DNA of 20,000 bases from Vermamoeba vermiformis (taxonomy: Eukaryota): positions 184,271 through 204,270 of the forward strand of contig JBEWZL010000246.1 of the NCBI GenBank assembly GCA_045837725.1. The letters run 5' to 3'. Below the pieces are notes generated by a model. It saw nothing but the letters and a program-made list of their open reading frames with translations, was not told where the DNA came from and did no database searches. The position numbers and the translations under genes are program-made. Shown piece after piece: positions 1 to 9,720 of the stretch; the stretch's first letter is position 1; every line of letters begins with the position of its first letter.

Positions 1-379
1 ACGTTGTCATACAATATTCTAGTACTAATGTATTAGCTGTATAGGTATGAGCAATGTAATAATTAATTCGTTAGCACGAGCAGCAAATAAAGTCGTAAAG
101 TATGCACGATGACTACAAGCAAATAAAAACGACAATTTTAATATGTAAATTACGTATATTTATAATTGTGAAATTTGAATTGAACGAAGGAAAGTAGAAA
201 CCAAAAATAAATCTGATGAGAAAAATATCTTTTGATTACAACTGCTGACACCGCAATAAAATCAAAAATAATTTTATATCGTATATTTTTAGAATAACTA
301 CGAATTTTCTTTCATAAATATCAAGTAGAAACGAACTTGAATTAAATATTAAAAATCAACAAATCTGATATTTTCTTAC

Positions 380-607
380 TTGTTGAGCAACTTCTCCGCC
401 AATCTTGTTTGCAGCTTCGAGGAACTTAGGAAGGTGATCAGCAACAAGATTTCCAAACTCCTTGGAGGCAGCTGAAGAGCCACCAGAAGATGAAGATGAG
501 GCAGCAGAGCCAGAGCTGCCCTTAAGCTTGCCCTCAATACGAGTGACTTGTTGCTCGACCTTAGCGAGCAATTCTTCGAGTTTCTTGACTTGAGCGTCGG
601 CTGACAT
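380..607 (-). CDS. CAP: Adenylyl cyclase-associated protein (CAP/Srv2), first coding exon; the gene continues past the window start
   Basis: ATG at 607 in an AACACA-ATG context. MSADAQVKKLEELLAKVEQQVTRIEGKL resembles the CAP N-terminal coiled coil (RLE motif). It is followed by a Ser-rich linker and FLEAANKIGGEVAQQ, typical of the CAP helical domain. Exon ends at a GTAAGA donor (379). Confidence 0.8.
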
Positions 608-761
608 TGTGTTTTGTTGGCGAGAGTTGGTTAAAATGTTCTTTTGTCGCCCTGGCGCACGAAAAACACGTTTTTCCGTACATGGAAGGAGGGAGAAAAA
701 CATATTTTTTTCTCCCAAGGGAGAAAAAACTTTTATCAATTTTATTCGCATTATAATGTTA

Positions 762-786
762 GGAGTCACGTGTCGGAGTCACGTGT
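762..786. promoter_or_regulatory. Tandem E-box pair (GGAGTCACGTGT x2) upstream of CAP
   Basis: Exact 12-bp direct repeat at 762-773 and 775-786, each containing CACGTG, about 160 bp upstream of the CAP ATG. Confidence 0.55.
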
Positions 787-789
787 TGA

Positions 790-1085
790 CGGTTCACTGA
801 ACATAGTGAATCGGTCTAAAACTCCTTGGATCTCGCTTTCTCCTCCATGTACCTGGGCGACAAACTATTCTACGCTCCTCGGGAGAAGGCTTTTCGGTCT
901 CGGGTTGATTGTTTCCCTCGCCAGGGCTCGGGAATGCAATACAAGCCCTCGACGGAAAAACGCCACTTTTCTCCCTTGGTGCGTAAATAACTATTTCCCG
1001 CTTGTCTGACCAACCCACCACAACCACAAGCCCGATGTAATTTTGCTTACTTGTAGCACTGTGATGCTGTTAAGCTTGCGAAGTG
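790..1085 (-). ncRNA. Candidate structured RNA element of unknown family
   Basis: GC-enriched, with nested helices that need minus-strand G-U pairs: 1021-1008/816-803, 975-969/887-881, 961-942/930-911 (loop UAUUGCAUUCC) and 1080-1072/1033-1025. Confidence 0.4.
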
Positions 1086-1888
1086 TTTGTATGGCCCTTA
1101 AGAAGTAGATTTGGCTACAAAATCTAATTTTTCAAAGAATGACCAAAACGATATTAGACCACTAAATTTATATGTCTTAGCGAGCGTTAAGTAATCTAGC
1201 CTTTAATCGGGTAAAAAACGAATTTGCCTATCAAAAGTTGAATTTTTGAGCGTCAAATTTCTTGCAAGTAAAAAACCGTTGGGAGTGGCTTGTTACGTTC
1301 ATGTTCACTTGAGCAAGTCATAAGACTTTGCATATAGACCTATATAACCTATTTATTAACGTTAGGTAAGTTGGCAACAATTTGCACGTATCTTTTGGCG
1401 GTTAATCTATTAATTCACTTTGCGTTACGGTATCGAGCTGAATTTCAATAACGAATTGGCTGCTACTAATGTACTATCTCGTGGTATATCAATTTATTGT
1501 TAGCGTATTGCACCATTGATTCGATCGGGCTGTTGTGACGTCAAGCCGATCTTTTTGTGCTGAAAATTAAATTTAAATGAAGAACGGCACATAATTTCGC
1601 TTATATAAATACCCGAGATAGTACTTTAGTGCTTCTTAATTATTTATGAACGAGCTTCGCGGTTGAAAAACTGATTTGCTATTTCACACCCGAAACCCTA
1701 AAGCACGTTATTTTAAATTAATTAATTATTTGTAACATAAAAGCTCGATAAAATTTCTAATCCACCTATTAAATTCTTGCATTAAAATAATAATACTGTC
1801 GATTTTTTCTGGATTCGGCGCTAAACTCCATTTTATTTAGATCCCTCACTAGAGCCCTAAACAACGAACAGCCCTACATATAGTAACC

Positions 1889-3299
1889 ATGGCTGAGCAA
1901 CAAAAGCACGTATTAGAAGCCGTGGCAGTCAATCCCAATGACGGCCAGATCACGGGTGAAGTCCCTGCGGCTATCGTGACCACTTATATTACACGAATTG
2001 AGCCCTTCGTAATTTGGATGGAACGAAGAGGTCTTCGTGCTAGCAACTTTATTATGGAGTTCCTTGGTGTATTTTTCTTAGTGTTTACTGTCGGATGCAA
2101 CGTTGCCGTTGGTTCTGGCTTGGCTCCTCTTTCTATTGGTGTTATTCTTTGCTCTGTAATTTATTCTGGTGGTACGTATAATATTTGAAGCCTATTCTTA
2201 ATTTTCAATACAGATCCAACGATATTATTTAAATTTCATTTAATTTTATTGTTTTCACAAGCCATTTATTATCAAAAACAGCTATTGATACTGTCATTAT
2301 TTAACATGACTTATTTGCTGCCACAATAACTTCTAATTAAAATTGATACTCCCGCGTGTTCTAGGCGGCACCGTTCAAATAATTTAACCAGCAATACTTG
2401 CAATGCTATATTAACAATTCACTTAAATAGGTTACGTGTCTGGTGCTCACTTCAATCCTGCTGTTTCATTGGCTGTTTACTTGCGAGGTCGTAAAATGTC
2501 TTTGTACAACACTCTCTTCTACATGGGTGCTCAATTATTGGCCGGTGTTGTTGCTGCTTGGGTAAGTCATGCTCATTAGAATCTATATTAACGCGAAGTA
2601 TCGTTATTAACTTTTCTTTTCGGTAGATCTGCTACGGTATGTTCGGTATTGCCTGGGCCCTTCCTGGACCTACTCTTCCTCCTTTCTGGGGTCCCTGGAG
2701 AGTAAGTAACAACTTGATATTAAATACATCTCCAAACCGTTCGCTATAACGTTATTCGAATTTTCAATTTCGCGTTCAGTACATCCGTAACTAACGACCA
2801 TTTATTTGTTCAATAGGCTTTGGTTGCTGAATTCTTCTTCACCGCTGCTTTGTCTCACGCTGTCTTGCACACTGGTACTCGTCAAGACAACAACAACTTC
2901 TACGGTCTTGCCATCGGTTTCGTCGTCTTGGCTGGTGCCTCTGCCATCGGCCCCATCTCCGGTGGTACGTAACTATATGCTTAATACGTAAATACAACAC
3001 GGAAATCTAATTCAATCGTTATTCAGGTGGTATGAACCCCGCTGTTGTCACTGGTTTTGCCCTCGTTGAGGCTCTTGCTGGTAACTCGTAAGTATCGATT
3101 GCAAGAGTTCTTAGTGTTCAAGTACAAGGGTACTAATATATTAAATAGTTACGAGCCTAATGCCAAATGGTTCTGGCTCTACTGGATCGCCGAAATGTTG
3201 GGCGGTGCCTTCGCTGCTGGTCTCTACCGTGCCATTCACTTCAGAGAGGACTTGGCTCGCTCTTACGCCAACCTCCCTGGCTCTGGCTCCAATGTCTAA
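1889..3299 (+). CDS. Aquaporin / major intrinsic protein, 6 exons (1889-2171, 2431-2561, 2627-2701, 2817-2964, 3027-3087, 3149-3299)
   Basis: The spliced frame is open throughout. Motifs: MEFLGVFFLVF, SGAHFNPAVS (MIP signature), AQLLAG, AEFFFT, NNFYGLAIGFVV, ISGGMNPAVV, WLYWIAEMLGG. Confidence 0.95.
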
Positions 3300-3607
3300 G
3301 CTGTAGCCGAAAATTATTTAAAAACCAAGTTGCTGTGGATGTGCAACAGACAAAAACATCAGATCTGCAGCATCTTGGCGAACTGTTATTTATATTAAAT
3401 GTTGTTAAGTTATTATGATAGTTTTGTTCAATAAACTTCGTTTTTGCGAAGCTGCCTGCATTTCTGCATCCAGACAAGAATTCCCGCCTAATAAACTCGA
3501 TCCAATCAAATTGCAATTAAAATAGTTGCAAAACAAGAACACTAGTTTAGATAGAGGAGGTTTTTTATATTTATTAATATTTTTTCGTCATTAGAACTAA
3601 CACGCGT

Positions 3608-4825
3608 TTATTGTTGGTTGGTGCTCTGCTCGACGGTGTGGGGTTGTTCGTTATCTTCTTTGGGCTTGTGCACTTTAACAACATCAGGAAGAGGGTGCTT
3701 GGGACCGCGCTTGCCTTGAGGATCGGAAGGCAACATAATAGTGACTTGGATACCCAAAATACCTTGACGGAGCAAGACAGATCGGATGGCGTGGTCAACG
3801 AAGTCGTGAGAAGGTTGACCGGACTTGATCATGTAACCGTCACGGAACTTCATGGTCTTGGCACGTTGAGATCTGAGCTTGCCAGAGATGGTGATTTCGA
3901 TACCCTTGCCACCAGCTTCCAAAACTTGGCGCATAACACCGTAGCAGACACGGCGGACGGGCAAACCGAGAATCATCTTAACACGGAGAGACTCGGCTTG
4001 AGCAACAGCGCTGAGACCTCTGTTTTGAACACGTTCGGCGTACAACTCAATGGCGCCTTCTTCGTATCCGAATCTCTTTTGGACCACTAAAAAAATTAAT
4101 ACTATTAGTCCTCTGATATTCATCTCTTGCGATCCAAACAATATCTATCTGAATAATAGCACGCTCAATAATAATAAAATTAAAGTAATAATGAACTGAA
4201 CATCTGATTTGAAAACGCATCTCCACAAAGGTTACTGGCTTAGTATCGAGTCTTTTAGCTACTTACTGGAAGTCAACTCGCGGATTCTGCGACCACGTTC
4301 ACCGAGGACGTTACCAGTCTTGGTGGCTCTAACGATGACTTCAGTAGCCTTGGGGGTGACTCTGATCTCAACACCGCTGTAACCATCATCGCCCAATTGG
4401 CGCATCAAGAAAGCGTTCAATTCAGCGTAGAAAACACCGTCAGCGACGAACTAAAAAGAAAGAGGTTTAATAAAAATACATCTAGAATTATTTTATTACA
4501 AGTGTTGTAATCACTATTATAACTAAATTAAATGTATGTATTAGCCATAATGCGATTGTGTACATTATTAAATAATTTCGCCATTATAATACAATTTTAC
4601 AATTATAAAAATACAATTATTATTTGATAAAAATTATGACCATTGGTCATCATTATTTTCGTCGTTTGACGTATCAATATCATTGAATAACTGGTCTAAA
4701 TTGTAATTATTTGTCGCAATAATATTAGGATTGTCAACAATAATTTCAAATCTGCATCGGCCAGTTTCATAGCAATAATGAATACGTACTTTTCTCTTCT
4801 TGTTAACGCGCTTAGCAGTAGCCAT
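3608..4825 (-). CDS. RPS3: 40S ribosomal protein S3 (uS3), 3 exons (4825-4790, 4450-4267, 4086-3608)
   Basis: [24 protein letters not shown]...[11 protein letters not shown]...[16 protein letters not shown]...[13 protein letters not shown]...[17 protein letters not shown]...LLRQGILGI. Canonical splice sites preserve the frame. Confidence 0.98.
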
Positions 4826-5046
4826 TACTGTGTTATTATCTCCTCTGTGACGATAAATAGAGCAAGAGAAATGAAGGGAGGAAAGGAAACTCAAACGCGA
4901 CTGCCAAAAAATGATTTTATCAATTTTATTTCGGACGGAATTTTATTAACTTTATTCACGAGCCAAAATCGCGGGAACGTGAAACGTTGGTGTTTGTACT
5001 AGTAGACTACTGAACGTATTACCAAGCATTTTGGTAATTTTAAGCA
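4826..5046. promoter_or_regulatory. Short bidirectional promoter of RPS3/PAT1, with a pyrimidine tract (5'TOP-like) on the RPS3 strand
   Basis: The divergent ATGs are only 221 bp apart. The minus strand at 4890-4864 reads GTTTCCTTTCCTCCCTTCATTTCTCTT. Confidence 0.55.
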
Positions 5047-8000
5047 ATGGATCCTAATTACGGTGAACAACCGGATGACTTGGATTACCTAGATGATGGG
5101 TTGATTCAAGAGCAAGACCTTCCGTATGACGATGAAGATGACGATAAAATTGATGAAACATTTGGTGATGATCTGCCTGTTGGTAAGCGTTTATTTCTTG
5201 TTTAAACCACTAACAGAAAATTATTTATTGTTTTCTATATAATCGTTGTAAAATTACCCTGGCTTGTAGTAACGTTACAAATATTAATATAATATTATTT
5301 TAAATTCAAGGACGCGATTGGAAGCCTGATGAAGGCAAAGTAGCCGAGTTTGAGAATTTTTTCCAAAAGGGATTGCAATCTGGGGAAAGTAAGGCATTGA
5401 AACATTCGTGTCCCTTTGCAACACCGAATAATAATATGACTTAGATATCCAAAAAGAGAAGAAAGACCAATCAGGAGGTTTTTTCCCTTTCTCAACACCG
5501 GACCCGTCAAAACTACGCAGCTTCCTTAATGAGAATCGAAGCTTAAGAAATCAACGAGAAGAACTCGGCGAGGAAGATGACGAGCGCAATGACGATACAT
5601 TCGGAGACTATGACGACGAAAATGAAGAGGAAGTTGCACTCGTACGTCAAATTCACAAATTTATCGTGCACACATTTATTCACTGAAATTTTGTATTATT
5701 AGCGATTGGATCAACAACTGTCGAAGACTTTGAGCAGTCTCGTTCTTGACGACGATACTACTAGTAACCCAAGACCCGCTCAACCACGCTTCGTAAGATT
5801 TAATTGTTAAATTTGAACTCCGCGCACGGAGAACTTATCCTTTTTCGCTTAGCCGCCTAACTTTAATATGATGCCTCCTGGTTTGAACAAGGTAAGTAAA
5901 TCATCTACGGCACTACAATTGCAGGTGTACTAACGATAGTTTCAGCCTGGTTTACCTTCAATGCCACCTGGCGTTCAGGGTTCACCCGCGCGTCAAGAAG
6001 GACGTCGCGTGTTGTCGCTCGAGGAACTTGAGGCCAAGATGACTAACTCGCCAAAGCCTGCTCAACCTCAATCGAATATGCCTCAACCACCTCCTGGTCT
6101 TGGTGTCGGTCCCGCTGCTAATCCTCAAATGCCCATGCCGATGGGAATCTCACCAATTATCATGCAACAGTTAATGCAACTGCCGCCTCAGATCCAACAA
6201 CAATACTTGCAACAACTGATGCACCAACAACAAGAGATGATGGCTCGTATGAAGATGAACCCCGGCATGAACGCACCGCCCGGTATGGTTCTTCCTCCTA
6301 ACATGATGCCTCCTGGCGTCTTGCCACCGAACAACGCTCCCAACATGACTCCCGCGTTCTTGCAACAAATGGCACAAGCACAACAAGGACAGCAACCTCA
6401 ACAAATGCAACAAAACCAACAACCTAAACCTGTTCAACTTCAACAGCCTTCCGCCGCACAACAGGCTCAAGCACACGCTCAAGTGCAACACGCTCAAGCT
6501 CAAAAGCTTCAGCAACAGCAGGCCGCTCAAAACCAACAGGCTAACAAGGAACCGTTGACCAAGGCTGAACAACAAGCCGCTGAAGCGAAAGAAGATCAAG
6601 AGAACGGTCAAAAGCAACGAAGAAAGGGCTCGTTCATTCGCCGAAGATGGAATATTGGCCGCGAGTTGATGACTGCTGAAGAAATTGATTCGATTATTCG
6701 TATGCAAGAACAACAATTGAACTTTGAGAACCCGTTCTTGGACGACTATTACTATCAGAACACTTTGATGCGAAAAGACAGTAAGTTTCATTTGCTTGAG
6801 TTTTGGCACGTGATTAACCTTCGAATAGACTCGGCTGCTACTAAGTTGATCTATCATCGCCCTATCTGTGAGGCTCTTACCCGCGCTCCTCCCAAGAAGA
6901 CTACTATCGACTTCCAAGGAGTTTTAGGACGTATTCCGACCCACTCTGTTCGCGCACCTCGCCCAATCTTGCAGCTCGAAGAGGAGAAACCTGGTGACGC
7001 CTCCAACGAACAAGCCGAGAACGAGTCTCAAAAGCCACGTGCGATCTCTACTAGAACTACTCCCGTTGGCTCGAACCACTATTATTTGCTCGCTATCGAA
7101 GACATCTACAACATCGTTTTGGAGATTGAAGACTTAGACACTATTATCAGACACATCTCCAACGACTCTCGAGACCAGTTCTTCAATAAGAATGGTTTGC
7201 TCGAGAAGCGCAAGGAGAAGACAGAGGCCTTATATCAATTATTGAGCGTTCATATCCCGGCTCCCGGTCCTCTTCCTCCCTCAAACAACGCTAGCGCTTA
7301 CTACTGGTAAGAACTCTAACCGTACAAGTACTGTTGTATTGTTGCTAATGTGCCTTTTTATTCTAGTTCTGAAGATGAATTCTTGATGCGCGTCACTACT
7401 ATTCCTAAGGGCTCGACACTCTTGGGCCGTGCTCTTCAGGTGCTGTTCCCGCCTCACTTGTTGACCATTTTGTTCCAGTACATGCGCAACTTGTCGATCT
7501 TGCTCTCTACTCCTAAGAGCGAAGAAGACGAAGTACGATTGAAGCGCGTCTTCGAGTTCATCGTGGTTGCCATTAACAACTTCCCGCACGCTCAAGTTTT
7601 GATTGCATTCCAATCACTTTTGGCAGCACATCCGGCTCCCAAGTTCATCAAGATTGCCAAGTCGAAGTTTGGTGTGGCTATTCTCGCCGCCTTCTTGAAG
7701 AAGGGCTACGAAGTGCTTCGTATTGCTATGACCAATCCTCAAAGTGCTAACGATTTGATGCCCTCTTGGCGCCATTTGTTCTCGCTCTTCTTCGAACAAT
7801 TGGCTGGCAAGGCAAGCGGCTTGTTGGCCGGTGACATTACCGTTGGCTACACGAACAAAGCGAGCACTAATCAGATTTGGGAGTTGTTTACTATTATTGC
7901 AGTTAACTCTACGCCGACCCAAAAATCAGATCTGTTGCGCGAGTTGACGTAAGTCTGATCCGCTTTAGTTTAAAAATCTTAATAGTAACTAATATGCTTC

Positions 8001-8085
8001 ATCATATAGGCCTATTATCAAGTCGATTGACATGACTCCTCAAATCAAGAACTTCTTGCATGCCCTAGGAATTCAAGGACAATAA
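5047..8085 (+). CDS. PAT1: mRNA decapping activator / P-body scaffold Pat1, 9 exons (5047-5182, 5311-5388, 5445-5641, 5703-5792, 5853-5891, 5946-6780, 6829-~7306, 7367-7948, 8010-8085)
   Basis: Acidic N-terminus with DETFGDD..VGRDW and NDDTFG (DDX6/Dhh1-binding type motifs), helical leucine motif LSLEELE, a P/Q-rich region, the mid-domain signature LMTAEEIDSIIRMQEQQLNFENPFLDDYYYQ, LGRIPTHSVRAPRPIL and a helical C-terminal domain. Confidence 0.92.
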
Positions 8086-8754
8086 GCAGATCCGCGAGTG
8101 ACTCGTCCACCTCTATTAACGTTGTGAAGTATTTAGTTCTTAAACGAAGTCCTAATATTTATTAAAGCACGGACTTTTTGCGATTATCCTTCGGTTCTAA
8201 AGGCATGTATAATATACAAAAGTAAATGTCGTTTGTGTCTAGATCCTTCTCATTTCCAGAGTTACCGATACGAAACACATTTGCTCGGCAAGTGTCGCAC
8301 CCGGCACAAGTACTCGTTGTTAATGTCGTTCATGATTGGTCAAATTTTCCTCCCGTTGGGTACTTGCGGTTTTGTCCAAACATTATTTCGCACGTGCAAG
8401 CAAACCACAACAAATCCCTACCTCCTTGCGGCCCTCTCTGTAGTACCGCACCGCTTCATCTCCATGTTAGTAGTATGAGTAAGTGTACTAAGCTTAATAG
8501 TAATACCGCTCGCGAGCGGCGTTAGTGCTGAAGAAAGTGGATCCAAATGATTCAATAGCAATGCTTTGGCTGAAAATAATGATGCCTTGTTTGTATTCGC
8601 TGATGGATCTACTATTATTTAATTTTTTTGGATTTTTGGTATTATTCTAATCCGGCTAAATCTAATCTATTTTTTATCGTCAGGTGGCTAAAAACGCTAG
8701 CAATTCCTTGCAGAAGAGTAACACATGAAAGTTAATTTATCTCAAATTATCTAC

Positions 8755-9242
8755 TTTTTGCCCTGCGGTTGCTGATCGTGGTAGCAAAGATCAGATGGGT
8801 TGAGAGACCCTGCTTCTTGTGCCTCTTTGGTTTGCATTATTAGGATATTTCTTGCGTCGCGGATTATAGAGTGTTATACTAGCGTCATGTGGCGTGAGCT
8901 GTCAGGCTTGCCGTGACTTGGCACGATCCAATTTACGAACCCGGTTCCAGATCTTGCACCAATGATTGCATTCCGGATATGCGCACATTTTGGCCCTTGA
9001 TAATCATTGCTGTTCCTACAATTTTGAAGAGGCGTGATTGCCAACCGATCCCGTGCAAAACATTCGAGATTTGCTCAAAATTCATCTTTTTTGTCCTAAA
9101 TAGGCGGACTGGGCACGTCCTTTCTATGAATCATCGCGTGTTATTATACCACGAGAGTTGATACAGCCTCATGTGAGTACAATCCAATTCTGCAGCCGTA
9201 TTTTCTCCTCGCGTGAGGCTGGATGGGCAGCATGGGCAAAAA
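8755..9242 (+). ncRNA. Candidate ~490-nt structured RNA of unknown family
   Basis: Terminal stem 8755-8766/9230-9242. Internal helices 8819-8827/9027-9035, 8851-8860/8889-8898, 8960-8968/9001-9009 and 9164-9177/9208-9221, with plus-strand G-U pairs. No credible ORF. Confidence 0.4.
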
Positions 9243-9720
9243 AATTTCGAAAAAGCGAGGGACTTTTGCGCTTTAGTCCTGTAACGTATCGTTACTGAGC
9301 AAGAATGCCCGCCGGTGCTAACCTTGCTGTAACATTTCGCCATAAAAGGAAAACGAAGCACGTGATGTACGCGTGACTTTCTTCGTTTCGGTGATGGAGT
9401 CGCGCGTAATCTCGATAATCTAACAAAAGTTGGTAACACGAGGAGTTTATTGACATTTTTTCTCTGGCCCTATCACTACACCACTAGTGTCCTGAACACA
9501 TCAAGAAACGTTGACGAAAGGTCGTGATCTTCAGTTTTGGTTCAGAGACGAAGTCTATATTGCCCTCAAACCCCAGTTAGATAGAACCAGTGATATATTT
9601 ATTATACAATTATTTATTTCAGTTTATGGCAAGGTAAGAATTGAATAACTTTCGGGTTTTTTCAGAACTCGATCTCGCTTGTAATAGCGGAATAATGACT
9701 CATATTGCTATATTAGTACG

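Noticed and set aside
880-895. GAAAAGCCUUCU/AGGAGUUUU pairing resembling RNase P/MRP helix P4
   Set aside because: The bulge is C rather than U, the spacing to the 3' end is too short, and it competes with a better local helix.
609-1027. ORF-track ORFs 609-800, 644-1009 and 794-1027
   Set aside because: Non-ATG starts, no recognisable motifs, and they overlap promoter and structured DNA.
1693-1702. Telobox-like AAACCCTAAA (also at ~11177)
   Set aside because: Isolated single copies, expected by chance in AT-rich DNA.
3611-4090. 159-aa plus-strand ORF, and similar ORFs 6171-6917, 7281-7613, 7614-7922 and 18676-19086
   Set aside because: Antisense shadows of real, codon-biased exons.
4647-4653. 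C-box-like ATGATGA in RPS3 intron 1 (U15-type snoRNA?)
   Set aside because: No D box (CTGA) or rRNA-complementary guide is visible downstream.
6360-6560. CAA/CAG-rich repeats
   Set aside because: Ordinary Q-rich low-complexity coding region of Pat1, not a repeat element.
8170-9235. Possible spliced minus-strand gene, TGA-readthrough/selenoprotein or antizyme-type frameshift
   Set aside because: No splice-consistent open frame or recognisable protein could be assembled in the frames I tried.
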